Shown: positions 38,795 to 48,511, numbered from the stretch's first letter. The stretch is 64,000 bases of DNA from Moorena producens (GCF_965240435.1 NZ_CBDEKO010000003.1), one strand, 5' to 3'. Made by a program: numbers and translations. The notes: generated by a model not told the origin, from the sequence alone.

Positions 38795-39229
38795 ATGACC
38801 TATCGTATTCCTTCTGCCAATACCAAACTCGACAAAGTGATGGATACTGATAAGTTTAGCGAGATCGAGGAAGCCATCCTTGATGGCAAGTATTCTTGGG
38901 CTTGTGTGTTAATGCTACGGTTGGCGGGCCATAACCCCCTAGACTACATGCCTTCTAGAACCTACAGCCGCTTGCTCAAACAAAACCGGGACATGATATT
39001 ACAGAAGCAAGCTAGTATGATGAGCAATGGCACTAAAGCCTTGAATGCACGGCAGCGTTTGAGCCAGATCAAAGATCTAGCTTATGTAGAGACGCTTGGC
39101 AAGAAAACCTCACAGGTTCACGGTGGCGATCAAGAACAGCAGTTTATCACTGAACTCGAAGAAGAGGAATCCATGCTCAAGAAGTTAGCCGATTATTTAC
39201 GGCGAGACTGTTTGGCTTCCCTGTGGTGA
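38795..39229 (+). CDS. HetP-family protein (paralog 2)
   Basis: [40 protein letters not shown]. Start placed at the ATG at 38795, which matches the motif-containing N-terminus of the paralogs. Confidence 0.6.
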   Translation: MTYRIPSANTKLDKVMDTDKFSEIEEAILDGKYSWACVLMLRLAGHNPLDYMPSRTYSRLLKQNRDMILQKQASMMSNGTKALNARQRLSQIKDLAYVETLGKKTSQVHGGDQEQQFITELEEEESMLKKLADYLRRDCLASLW

Positions 39230-39479
39230 GCAGGTGTAATCATTTTCCTACGCATCCTCCTTGTCATCACCACCACTGCTTACCACGACACCAGATCAGA
39301 CTAAGCCTGTGGTCAAACTAATTCATTAATAACTGCCTTGTCCATTAGGTGCGCTCTTACTTGGCGAATTTAATTTGCCACGGGTCACACCTGTTGATGG
39401 ACGAGGCGTTTTTTTGTCTGATTACAGGCGGAAATGAAACAGTCCTAGTACTCTGTCATATCAAGTCCGGTTCAATACC

Positions 39480-39565
39480 CATCATAAAAGTGTGGGAAGA
39501 GTGGGGCGTGTGGGGCGTATGGGGCGTGTGGGAAGTGTGGGGAGATGGGGAGATGGGGAGATGTT
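39480..39565. repeat. heptamer repeat block (gtggggc/ggagatg); inverted partner at 40075-40200
   Basis: gtgggaagagtggggcgtgtggggcgtatggggcgtgtgggaagtgtggggagatggggagatggggagatg. Confidence 0.9.
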
Positions 39566-39894
39566 TATTGAGGGTAATTATCCGGACATCATATCAATTT
39601 AGTTTTGAGCGGTTTTGGCTAGGTGGCACGGTTAATGGTTAAGGGTGCCTAATCTAACAGTGTAAGCGTGCTTAATCCCTAGTTAAGCTAAGTTCGAGGT
39701 AATCCTGAAAGCCTTAATAAGCGCCTACCTTATATAGCGCTAAGGGCAAGCCAAGAGGAATGCATGCAAGAAGAAAAGGTGAAAGGTGCGCTTTCCACAT
39801 TAGGTGCAGGCCTAAAAGTTTACTACAACAGCTTTTCAGCTTTTCTCAATGTCAAACACGTTAATACGTAGTGCTATATTTCTTACTCTGTCTT

Positions 39895-39930
39895 GATCCC
39901 AAGCGCGAGTGGGGGTTTCCCCCAAGACCG
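39895..39930. repeat. copy of dispersed element (gcgcgagtgggggtttcccccaagaccg)
   Basis: ccaagcgcgagtgggggtttcccccaagaccgtaatgg, compare 9296-9400 and 17030-17068. Confidence 0.6.
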
Positions 39931-40074
39931 TAATGGTGCGTTTTCCGTGATGGCTCCGGATTGCTCGCCATCACGGGTCGCACCTCTGCATCGCTTTCGT
40001 CGAGCGATCGCTTATATCGAACTCAGGTTATACCAATTTTTAGCCTTCACACCGCTACAAATCATTAATTTCAT

Positions 40075-40200
40075 CTCCCCATCTCCCCATCTCCCCATCT
40101 CCCGACACGCCCCCTTTCCCCACACTTCCCACATTTCGCCCTATCCCCATCTTTCCATCTCCCCACACGCCCCACACGCCCCCCTCTCCCCACACAGCCC
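40075..40200. repeat. heptamer repeat block, reverse complement of 39480-39565
   Basis: catctccccatctccccatctccccatctcccgacacgccccctttccccacacttcccaca...ccccacacgccccacacgcccccc. Confidence 0.9.
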
Positions 40201-40270
40201 ACACTCTCTGTTCCGAGATCTGCTGTTCCCTTTGCTATTAACTAATGACTCAACATCCCACGGACTTTAG

Positions 40271-40770
40271 CACCTACTTTAGTTGTGGGATGATTAAAGC
40301 ATCAATATCAAGCCAAAGTGGCGTTAATAGTTTTAATTAGATTAGATATAATAACCGATTATTTACTAATAATTGGCTTCAAGAAAATCCCATCAACTTT
40401 ACCAATATATTTAAACTAATTCAGAATCGGTTACTGGTCACTGTTTAGTTGTGGGATGATTAAAGGATCAATATCAAGCCAAAGTGGCATTAATAGTTTT
40501 AATTAGATTAGATATAATAATCTGCTCATTAGTAGTTCCTTCAATAAAAGTCCATCAAGATTACCAATCTTTTTGAACTCATTCAGAATCAGTTACTGAT
40601 CACTATTTTGTTGTGGTAGGAGTCAAGCATTACTATCAAGCCAAAGTGGCGTTAATAGTTTTAATAGGATTAGATATAATAACCGGTTCTTTACTAATAA
40701 GTGACTTCAATAAAAGTCCATCAAGATTACCAATTTCTTTGAACTAATCCAGAATTGCTTACTGCTGACT
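40271..40770. repeat. three tandem ~165-bp repeat units, each containing caagccaaagtggcgttaatag
   Basis: Units start at ~40271, ~40446 and ~40608 with agttgtgggatgattaaag..atcaatatcaagccaaagtggcgttaatagttttaattagattagatataataac... No ORFs. Confidence 0.8.
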
Positions 40771-40817
40771 ACATACTTTTAGTAAATCCAGTAATTTTCA
40801 AAAAATCAAAGGTTGAA

Positions 40818-40829
40818 GCCAAATTGGCG
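40818..40829. promoter_or_regulatory. GCCAAATTGGCG palindromic motif ~95 bp upstream of GG-peptide gene A1
   Basis: gaagccaaattggcgagacatgcctaggggaatctggatatagttatatcaacagc, followed by strong RBS aaggagaaaatcaATG. Confidence 0.5.
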
Positions 40830-40924
40830 AGACATGCCTAGGGGAATCTGGATATAGTTATATCAACAGCTAAAACCAAGCTGATTCAAACAAATAAAAT
40901 CAACAACAAAGAAGGAGAAAATCA

Positions 40925-41257
40925 ATGCTTATTTCTGACCTAAACCATCTAGAATCCGTTGAAGCTAGCCAAGTTCAAGGTGGTATGACTATTGCTGGAA
41001 TCAAATTCAATAACGTTATCACCACCAACGTTACCACTAACACCAGCATCACCGAAAACGAAGTTTTCAATACTAGCATTGATTCTAGTGCAATCGTTAA
41101 TGGTGTTATTGCTTCAGGTGGTACTACATCTGAAAGTGCTAGCGATAAAGGTCGTAACGTTGCTACTAAGCAAGAAAGCGTCTTTGTTACTCTTGAGCAA
41201 GGTGGCACCACTGCTTCCAAGTCTGTAGGTATTGGCTTCTCTGCTATCGGCATCTAG
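40925..41257 (+). CDS. double-glycine-leader secreted protein A1 (Cys-free, T/S/N/V-rich ~90-aa core)
   Basis: Leader MLISDLNHLESVEASQVQGG is of the ColV type (L.L.EL.SV.GG). Strong SD aaggaga. Core MTIAGIKFNNVITTNVTTNTSITENE... Confidence 0.7.
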   Translation: MLISDLNHLESVEASQVQGGMTIAGIKFNNVITTNVTTNTSITENEVFNTSIDSSAIVNGVIASGGTTSESASDKGRNVATKQESVFVTLEQGGTTASKSVGIGFSAIGI

Positions 41258-41449
41258 TACTTAGTCAAAACAAGTTTCTGAATAAGTAACTTGGAAACCT
41301 GGGTGTACTCATATCCTAATATAATGCATTAAATTATGTTTTATATCAGGATGAGTACACTCAGGTTTACGTTTGATTACTTCAGTTTTATTACTTAAGA
41401 ATAGTAAATCGCCAATTGTTATTTAAAACCAGAACTTAATAGGTTTATT

Positions 41450-41461
41450 GCCAAATTGGCG
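41450..41461. promoter_or_regulatory. GCCAAATTGGCG motif upstream of A2
   Basis: ttattgccaaattggcgagacatgcctagggg. Confidence 0.5.
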
Positions 41462-41556
41462 AGACATGCCTAGGGGAATCTGGATATAGTTATATCAACA
41501 GCTAAAACCAAGCTGATTTAAACAAATAAAATCAACAACAAAGAAGGAGAAAATCA

Positions 41557-41892
41557 ATGCTTATTTCTGACCTAAACCATCTAGAATCCGTTGAAGCTAG
41601 CCAAGTTCAAGGTGGTATGACTATTGCTGGAATCAAATTCAATAACGTTATCAACACCAACGTTACCACTAACACCAGCATCACTGAAAACGAAGTTTTC
41701 AATACTAGCATTAATTCTAGTGCAATCGTTAATGGTGTTATTGCTTCAGGTGGTACTACATCTGAAGGTGCTAGCGATCAAGGTAATAATGTTGCTACTA
41801 AGCAAGAAAGCGTCTTCGTTACTCTTGAGCAAGGTGGCACCACTGCCTCCAAGTCTGTAGGTATTGGCTTCTCTGCTATCGGCATCCACTAG
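41557..41892 (+). CDS. double-glycine-leader secreted protein A2 (tandem duplicate of A1)
   Basis: Leader and upstream region identical to A1. The core differs by a few substitutions (IDSS to INSS, DKGRN to DQGNN). Confidence 0.7.
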   Translation: MLISDLNHLESVEASQVQGGMTIAGIKFNNVINTNVTTNTSITENEVFNTSINSSAIVNGVIASGGTTSEGASDQGNNVATKQESVFVTLEQGGTTASKSVGIGFSAIGIH

Positions 41893-42084
41893 TACTTAGT
41901 CAAAACAAGTTTCTGATTAAGTAACTTGTAAACCTGAGTGTACTCATATCCTAATAGAATGCATTAAATTGAGTTCTATATCAGGATGAGTACACTCAGG
42001 TTTACGTTTGATTGTTTCAGTTTTATTACTTAAAGATAGTAAACAATCAATAGTTATTTCAAACCATAAATTAATAGGTTTATT

Positions 42085-42096
42085 GCCAAATTGGCG
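42085..42096. promoter_or_regulatory. GCCAAATTGGCG motif upstream of A3
   Basis: ttattgccaaattggcgagacatgtttagggg. Confidence 0.5.
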
Positions 42097-42187
42097 AGAC
42101 ATGTTTAGGGGAATATAGCTATAGTTATATCAACAGCTAAAACCAAGCTGATTCAAATAAAATCAACAACCAAGAAGGAGAAAATCA

Positions 42188-42523
42188 ATGCTTATTTCTG
42201 ACCTAAACCATCTAGAATCCGTTGAAGCTAGCCAAGTTCAAGGTGGTACTACTATTGCTGGAATCAAATTCAACAATGTTATCAACACCAACGTTACCAC
42301 TAACACCAGCATCACTGAAAACGAAGTTTTCAATACTAGCATTAATTCTAGTGCAATCGTTAATGGTGTTATTGCTTCAGGTGGTACTACATCTGAAGGT
42401 GCTAGCGATCAAGGTAATAATGTTGCTACTAAGCAAGAAAGCGTCTTCGTTACTCTTGAGCAAGGTGGCACCACTGCCTCCAAGTCTGTAGGTATTGGCT
42501 TCTCTGCTATCGGCATCTACTAG
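42188..42523 (+). CDS. double-glycine-leader secreted protein A3 (tandem duplicate)
   Basis: MLISDLNHLESVEASQVQGG leader. Units are spaced 632 and 631 bp apart. Confidence 0.7.
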   Translation: MLISDLNHLESVEASQVQGGTTIAGIKFNNVINTNVTTNTSITENEVFNTSINSSAIVNGVIASGGTTSEGASDQGNNVATKQESVFVTLEQGGTTASKSVGIGFSAIGIY

Positions 42524-42714
42524 TACTTAGTCAGGACAAGTTCCTGAATAAGTAACTTGTAAACCTGGGTGTTCTCATATTCTAATAGAATGGAGTAAAT
42601 TGAGTTCTATATCAGAATTATAATACTCAGGTTTACATTTAATTGCTTAATTTTATAGCTTCAGGGTATTAAATATCCAATAGTTATCTCAAACCATCAA
42701 TTAATAGGTTAATT

Positions 42715-42726
42715 GCCAATTTGGCG
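42715..42726. promoter_or_regulatory. GCCAATTTGGCG motif upstream of A4
   Basis: ttaattgccaatttggcgagacaaacattt. Confidence 0.45.
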
Positions 42727-42812
42727 AGACAAACATTTTTAAAGTTGTTATTTTAATTAGAGTGTCAACTAACCACAACTATTAAAAAAAAAAAAAAGGA
42801 TAAAAATAAATA

Positions 42813-43085
42813 ATGATTATTTCTGATCTAAATCATTTAGAAACTATTGCTGAAGACCCCAAGGTTGTGGGTGGCTCTCACTACTACCCACCTTACTACA
42901 ACCATTACGGATATAGCGGATCTATCAACGTCCATACCAACATTATAGGGAACGTAGCTACGGTTAACGGCAGCGCAGAGGCCTATGGGGACAATACCTT
43001 CACCAACATCAATGGCTATACTAGCACTACTGATAATAGTTCTCACTCTAGCGTAAGTGGAACCTCTGCTACTTCTTCTCACTAG
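42813..43085 (+). CDS. double-glycine-leader secreted protein A4 (Tyr/Gly/Ser/Asn-rich core)
   Basis: Leader MIISDLNHLETIAEDPKVVGG. Core SHYYPPYYNHYGYSGS...NVATVNGSAEAYGDNTFTNINGYT. Confidence 0.65.
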   Translation: MIISDLNHLETIAEDPKVVGGSHYYPPYYNHYGYSGSINVHTNIIGNVATVNGSAEAYGDNTFTNINGYTSTTDNSSHSSVSGTSATSSH

Positions 43086-43500
43086 TTCTTCTGATAAACA
43101 TTATTAAGAAAACTGCTTAGAGTAGTAGTTTAAAATTAAAGCTATCAATCAATGCTCAAGTCTTTAAATATTGGCTTCTCTACAATAAGCCGTTAGTACT
43201 TAGTCACGAATAGGTTCTGATTAAGTGATTTGTAAAAATGGGTGTAATACTATCCTAATAGACTTCATTCCAATAAAGTCTATGTCAGAAGGAATACACT
43301 CATTTTACCTTCAAAGTCTTCATTGTTCTGGCTTCAAAATATTCAATCGAAAGCTAGTATTTTAAAATAATTAATCACTAGTTTTGTTCACGATTGCTTA
43401 TACACTATTTTGAACTATGCCAGTTTAATTGGAGTTCCAAATGACCAATAGGTCTAACACACTGTCTAACACACTCAAGTACAAAGGAGAAAATTAACCA

Positions 43501-43773
43501 ATGATTATTTCTGATCTAAATCATCTAGAGAATGCTGCTGAACAATCCAACGTTGTAGGTGCCTCCGGTTTCAAGAGTTTTGGATTTAACGGCTTCGTCA
43601 ACGTCGGTGCCAACATTTTTGGTAACACAGCAAGAGTTGATGGCCGTGCTGAAGCCTTTGGTCCAGCTACTTTTACTAACGTCCAGGGTGGTACGTTGAC
43701 TACTCCCGGTAGTTCTCACTCTAGCCTACATGCAGTATCTGCTACTGGTGGTAACCGCTTCTTTTACCACTAA
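43501..43773 (+). CDS. double-glycine-leader secreted protein A5 (GA cleavage variant)
   Basis: Leader MIISDLNHLENAAEQSNVVGA. Core NTARVDGRAEAFGPATFTNVQGGT shares the G.AEAFG..TFTN motif with A4. RBS aaaggagaaaattaaccaATG. Confidence 0.65.
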   Translation: MIISDLNHLENAAEQSNVVGASGFKSFGFNGFVNVGANIFGNTARVDGRAEAFGPATFTNVQGGTLTTPGSSHSSLHAVSATGGNRFFYH

Positions 43774-44065
43774 AAAGACTGATGGCTAAAATGGCCTAGA
43801 GTAGTAAGTTTTAATGATTAAATGCTGCGGAAAGATGCAAGAAATTGTAACATCTTTTCGTAGCATTGATCACAATATTGCCATTAACTTATTGTTGATT
43901 AGTAGCGATTTATTCTGAGAGCTACTTACTAAAAACAATGCTTACAATCTCTATTTTTAGTCACTTTTATGTGTTATCGACTACAAGTAAATAAATGCTC
44001 TTCATAACAATTAAATACTCCCGGGCAAAACTAAGCATTATCTGATTTAATCAGGAGAATCATTC

Positions 44066-44353
44066 ATGAACATTTCTGAATTAGAATATTTCGAGCTGGA
44101 GGCAACAGACGAACCTATTTTAGGTGGTTTTGCTTCTACTTTTGCTCAAGCCTTCGCTGGTCCTGGCTTCGCTACTATTAATGGTGATGCCAATGCGTTT
44201 GGTCAGTATACCAATACTTCAGTAACAGGCTTTACCGATGTAGACCCGTTCTTTTCTCAAGGTAATATAAGAGCTCAGGCGAACTCTAGCGATCCTTTTT
44301 CTTCGCATCGTTCTAGAAGCGACGCCTTTGCTATTTATGGTTACATTGGGTAA
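44066..44353 (+). CDS. double-glycine-leader secreted protein A6
   Basis: Leader MNISELEYFELEATDEPILGG. Core contains INGDANAFGQYTNTSVTGFT, related to the A4/A5 motif. Confidence 0.6.
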   Translation: MNISELEYFELEATDEPILGGFASTFAQAFAGPGFATINGDANAFGQYTNTSVTGFTDVDPFFSQGNIRAQANSSDPFSSHRSRSDAFAIYGYIG

Positions 44354-44615
44354 CTCAATAAATATATAGCAGTTATCAATTCGGTGAGGTACTTTGCTGA
44401 TCCTTTTAAGGTAAAAAGCAAGCTAGCAATAGGCAAACTAGCAATAGTAACGAGGGTTTTAAGTGGTGTATCCCTGTTCTGATACTGTTGTTCTAGATTA
44501 TTGTCCGCTGAGCTGAAGTTCTTTGATCTCGACAACTTCAATAAGTTTAGGGAACTTTTCCCTAAACCAAATTATTTTTTACTTGTTCCATTACTAGCAA
44601 AGGAGTTTAACGATT

Positions 44616-44909
44616 ATGTTGCATAGTTTTAAGTTATGGAGTTTGCCTGGCTCATATAAACCGATGAAGTCTAGTGTTTCTGGAATTCAAGGTGTATCGG
44701 AAATAAGTTCTGAGGGCTCAAGTACTATTAGTAATGCCATCAGCATCGATCCTGATTCCCACCAAGTCATTACGAATTCAGTGAAAGTATCTGTTATTGA
44801 ACCCGTAAATACTGGGGGTATTCTTGGAGCTAGCGGTGGTACTGATGATTTCTCAGCACCTGAGATTCAGGAAACGTTTTTTAGTATGAGCGTTTCTAAA
44901 TACTTCTAA
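44616..44909 (+). CDS. hypothetical small protein (no clear GG leader)
   Basis: 97-aa ORF with RBS aaggag upstream. Ser-rich. It lacks the MIISDLNHLE leader. Confidence 0.3.
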   Translation: MLHSFKLWSLPGSYKPMKSSVSGIQGVSEISSEGSSTISNAISIDPDSHQVITNSVKVSVIEPVNTGGILGASGGTDDFSAPEIQETFFSMSVSKYF

Positions 44910-45150
44910 AGCTATAAGCTTCATAAAATTTAATCTAGTTTCTGTGTGCTGGCTCACAAGTAGGATTGAGGGGTGAGGTATTTGGATTCAGGGATAAGTT
45001 TTAACTCTCGGTTTTACTGGCAAATACTCCTCCCTCAATTCGGCAACTTGGCAGAGGTTAGCAATTGCTTTTTGTATGATGATAATAGTCAGACGGTTGA
45101 CTCAGCTGAATCTGACTAAGACTGTAAGTAGTTCCAGTTATAGTTAATAA

Positions 45151-45918
45151 TTGGGTGTAATGGTTGATCTTTCCAAAGCATCGGTGACTCCAGAGGAAAT
45201 GATGTACTCCTTGAAAAAGGAGATGCATCTCAAAGGCATCTGTCAAAAAGTTTTGTATCAACGAGTTATCAATAAAGCGGCTCAAGAAAGAGGGATAACA
45301 GTCTCACCAGAAGACGTGCAAGCTCAGGCCGATGAGATCCGTTATGCCAATCGTTTGGAAAAAGCAGCAGAAACATTGGCCTGGCTGGCAGATCAGATGG
45401 TGACAGCAGAGGATTGGGAAGCGGGAATTAGCGATCGCTTGCTTGCCCAAAAGCTTGCTGAGTCCTTATTTTCTAAGCATGTCGAAAAAAGCTTTGCTCA
45501 AAATCGACTGGACTTTGAGCAAGTTTTGGTTTATCAAATTCTGGTGGATTCTGAGGAAATTGCTCAGGAGCTTTTCTATCAGATTGAGGAAGGAGAAATC
45601 AGTTTTTATGAAGCTGCTCATTTCTATGATATAGACCCAGAAAGGCAGCGACGGTGTGGCTATGAAGGAAAGTTGCCTCGCTGGAGTTTTAAGCCTGAGA
45701 TAGCTGCCGTTATCTTTAGTGTTCAGCCAGGAGAAGTGACTCATCCCCTGCACACCGAACAAGGATATCATCTTTTTTTAGTTGAAGAATTTATTCGAGC
45801 TGAATTAACCGAAGAAAAGTCTAAAGAAATTTTACAGGGTATGTTTCAAGAGTGGCTCAATACTGAAGTTAACTATATGATCCATAGTGAAATTAGTACC
45901 ATCAATACTGGGGAATAA
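45151..45918 (+). CDS. peptidyl-prolyl cis-trans isomerase, PpiC/parvulin-type with SurA-like N-domain
   Basis: C-terminal rotamase-like region FEQVLVYQILVDSEEIAQELFYQIEEGEISFYEAAHFYDID...PGEVTHPLHTEQGYHLFLVEE follows the parvulin pattern (..A...S........G.LG.F....M...F..A.F.L..G..S.PV.T.FG.H.I). Confidence 0.5.
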   Translation: MGVMVDLSKASVTPEEMMYSLKKEMHLKGICQKVLYQRVINKAAQERGITVSPEDVQAQADEIRYANRLEKAAETLAWLADQMVTAEDWEAGISDRLLAQKLAESLFSKHVEKSFAQNRLDFEQVLVYQILVDSEEIAQELFYQIEEGEISFYEAAHFYDIDPERQRRCGYEGKLPRWSFKPEIAAVIFSVQPGEVTHPLHTEQGYHLFLVEEFIRAELTEEKSKEILQGMFQEWLNTEVNYMIHSEISTINTGE

Positions 45919-45944
45919 TCCCAATGCTATTATTGGTTTTAGGG

Positions 45945-46015
45945 ACTGAGGCCGTGGGCCACGCTTACTGGCAGAGCCAGACGCTGGGCGAACTCGCCCC
46001 GCGTGGCCTACGGCC
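45945..46015. repeat. GC-rich hairpin element (ggccgtgggccacgc ... gcgtggcctacggcc)
   Basis: 15-bp inverted arms at ~45948-45962 and 45998-46012 in an otherwise AT-rich region. Confidence 0.5.
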
Positions 46016-46039
46016 AAACGCGAACGGCTCAGGGAGCAG

Positions 46040-46110
46040 GGGTAAGTAAATTCAATTTACCTCATCACTAAAATAACTAACTAAAATAACTAACTAAAAT
46101 AACTAACTAG
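46040..46110. repeat. 14-bp tandem repeat (ctaaaataactaa x3.5)
   Basis: cactaaaataactaactaaaataactaactaaaataactaactag. Confidence 0.9.
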
Positions 46111-46476
46111 AGTGATGTAACCATGAGACGTTCCCAGGCAATCAGAAAATGGATAGTTTCACCAGATGGTACGGTTGTAGTCCAAGCCGAAAGTACAGCA
46201 AGTGCCTCTGGGGATAAAGTAACCATTATTCAAGAGGTTACTGTCAAAAGAGACTCTAGTGGCAGAATTTATAGCAGAAGTTCATCCTCTTGCCATGCTT
46301 CTTCTAGTAGGTAGTTGAAATAGTAGGTAGTTGACCTACTTTGCTGTTGACAGTTTACCCTTGCTTAACCGACCGTGGATTGGGCTACCACCCTCTTTAC
46401 CCAAAGCCAGATCTGAGCTTTTGATGGAAAGCATTAAGCCCACCACTATTATAAATAACTATCTTCCAAAAGTATC

Positions 46477-46488
46477 GCCATTTTGGCT
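46477..46488. promoter_or_regulatory. GCCAAAATGGCG-type motif instance (read as cgccattttggc on + strand)
   Basis: agtatcgccattttggctgatttt. Confidence 0.35.
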
Positions 46489-46606
46489 GATTTTTTTTGG
46501 GACGAGAAAAGAGGCAATCGCTTCTTTTCATTTATTTATCAGCACTGACGCACGCTCAGCACTGAGTACTGAGCACTCAGCACTGAGCTTTTTCTATAAT
46601 TGGGGG

Positions 46607-48433
46607 TTAGGCAAAGCTAAAGTCAGAGTAGCTGAGATCTACTACACTCACATCTTTAAACAGAACAGTTCCACCATAATCAGAACGGAAAAGAGCACCA
46701 TCTTGAGTATCAATAATCCCACGTTGGGATATTTCATTATTGAACCACCTGGAGGCATTAATATTATTACCCCAGCCTTGGAATTCAAATTTATCGACAC
46801 CCACTTCAAAGTCTTTGATGACATCAAACTCACCGGTTAACAAACTCTCATTCCGTTTGAACACAAATTTATCTGCGCCACTGCCACCGACTAAGGTATC
46901 ACTACCGCGACCACCAGTAATAATGTCATCTCCACCAATTATGGTATCTTTAGTACTGGGCTGATTGATCTCAATCACGCCTCGCAGATTATTATGCCAA
47001 GGATCGCGATCGCTTAAATCATTCCAGGCGCGATCGCCCCAACCCATGACGGCATAGTCTTCACCTTCTGGTTGACTTCCATAGATTGTGGAGTTGTTGG
47101 GTTCTCCTGGAGACCAATTGCGATAAGATGCTGACTCACCACTGACCCACTTCCAATTACCTTCTCTTGAGCTGTCAGTTAAGCCAATCCAAAACAGTTC
47201 CTTAGAACCAAATTTGTTAAACAGCCATGTTTGCTCAGCAGCATCATTAATCGTTACCAGGTTACCACCTAAACGCTTTGCCTCAGCTTGAGCTTCGTCC
47301 CAGGTGCCAGCAACAGAAGTTAGGAGATATTGATGCCCACGGTAAACACTAACATTGTTGTTTTGGTTATCAGCATCCCCAGCTATGAAATCGTTACCCG
47401 AGCCACCCTGGATCGTATCATCATCAATGCCTCCATACATTGTGTCATTACCAGTGCCCCCATACATCATGTCTTGACCAGAGCCACCATACATCATGTC
47501 CTTGCCCGAGCCACCCTTAAGAGTGTCATTACCAAAGCTGCCATGGAGTTTGTCGCTACCAGAGTTCCCATATAGCTTATCATCACCTTGACCAGCTTCT
47601 AAAATGTCATTCCCATCAAATCCATAGAGGGAATCATTACCTAGGCTGCCATAAATTTTGTCATTGCTGTTAGTGCCACGGAGTTCATCATTCCAGATCG
47701 TGCCGTAGCGAACATCATTACCTAAGTTGTCAATTAAAGTATCTCCTAATAATTTAACAGCACTTTGATTAATTTCCACTAACGTCAGATTAGTATTGCG
47801 ACTAAAGGTTTGCTGATAACTGCCTGTAACTGAACCCTTGGCGAAATCTATGCCATTGTTACCATTAATATCAAAGCTTTTTGTGGGAGAGTTCAGTGTG
47901 ATATTACGACTAAAGCCAAAATCGATATCGCCGATTCGACGGGAAGAAATTAAATCACCAGAGATGGCAAACGAATCGATAATCTTGGGCTGATTCATCT
48001 GATCCGTATTCAACAGGAAAAAAAATGTCCCCGACTTAGCCTCAGAATATTCCCGATTGGAATTTTCAATTTCTTTGGCGTTCAGTTCTAAAGCTGCTGA
48101 AAAATTGAAAGAGAATTTTTGATTAGCTCTCACTGAAAAATTACCAACCACTTCAGTGCGGCTATTGGCACTGCCCTGAAAAGCTCCCTCAGTACCAACT
48201 ACAGTACTTTGACTGAAAAGTTGAGAGAAAGCTGGGTCATTGATAAAGCTACTTTTAGCATCAGCAATAGCAGTAGCTATACCACCCTTGACCAAGGTCT
48301 CCACCTGGGCATTAGTCAAGGTACCAGCAGGAGCTTGACTATAGTTGGTAAACTGAGCGTTTCCTGTAGCGTTAGCAAAGTTCGGTTTGGAGTTAGAGGT
48401 TCTAGGGGTTAAGAATAGAGTGTCTGAGGTCAT
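46607..48433 (-). CDS. RTX calcium-binding repeat protein with an inserted C-type lectin domain (EPN motif)
   Basis: About ten nonapeptide repeats GNDKIYGSLGNDSLYGFDGNDILEAGQGDDKLYGNSGSDKLHG... CTLD signature FWIGLTDSSREGNWKWVSGESASYRNWSPGEPNN...EDYAVMG...WNDLSD. N-terminal 230 aa are paralogous to the 48823 and 50700 genes. C-terminus DVSVVDLSYSDFSFA is T1SS-signal-like. Confidence 0.75.
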   Translation of the reverse strand: MTSDTLFLTPRTSNSKPNFANATGNAQFTNYSQAPAGTLTNAQVETLVKGGIATAIADAKSSFINDPAFSQLFSQSTVVGTEGAFQGSANSRTEVVGNFSVRANQKFSFNFSAALELNAKEIENSNREYSEAKSGTFFFLLNTDQMNQPKIIDSFAISGDLISSRRIGDIDFGFSRNITLNSPTKSFDINGNNGIDFAKGSVTGSYQQTFSRNTNLTLVEINQSAVKLLGDTLIDNLGNDVRYGTIWNDELRGTNSNDKIYGSLGNDSLYGFDGNDILEAGQGDDKLYGNSGSDKLHGSFGNDTLKGGSGKDMMYGGSGQDMMYGGTGNDTMYGGIDDDTIQGGSGNDFIAGDADNQNNNVSVYRGHQYLLTSVAGTWDEAQAEAKRLGGNLVTINDAAEQTWLFNKFGSKELFWIGLTDSSREGNWKWVSGESASYRNWSPGEPNNSTIYGSQPEGEDYAVMGWGDRAWNDLSDRDPWHNNLRGVIEINQPSTKDTIIGGDDIITGGRGSDTLVGGSGADKFVFKRNESLLTGEFDVIKDFEVGVDKFEFQGWGNNINASRWFNNEISQRGIIDTQDGALFRSDYGGTVLFKDVSVVDLSYSDFSFA

Positions 48434-48499
48434 TAATTTACTTTTTTTTTGGACAACTATATTAGATTAAAATTATAAAGATAATAACTATATTTAAAA

Positions 48500-48511
48500 C
48501 GCCATTTTGGC
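48500..48511. promoter_or_regulatory. GCCAAAATGGCG motif ~75 bp upstream of the RTX-CTLD gene start (minus strand)
   Basis: + strand aaaacgccattttggctatt; minus strand reads atagccaaaatggcgtttt. Confidence 0.45.

Noticed and set aside
39349-40270. Two ORFs (97 and 125 aa) downstream of hetP-like 2
   Set aside because: Their translations are WGVWGV... and SPHLPISPHAP... repeats generated by the gtggggc/ggagatg heptamer blocks on either strand.
40975-42491. Minus- and alternate-frame ORFs inside A1-A3
   Set aside because: They are shadow ORFs. The annotated frame carries the conserved leader, a strong SD and the upstream motif.
46331-46840. 169-aa + ORF
   Set aside because: Its 3' half overlaps the C-terminus of the minus-strand RTX-CTLD gene and its 5' half is repeat-rich with no RBS.
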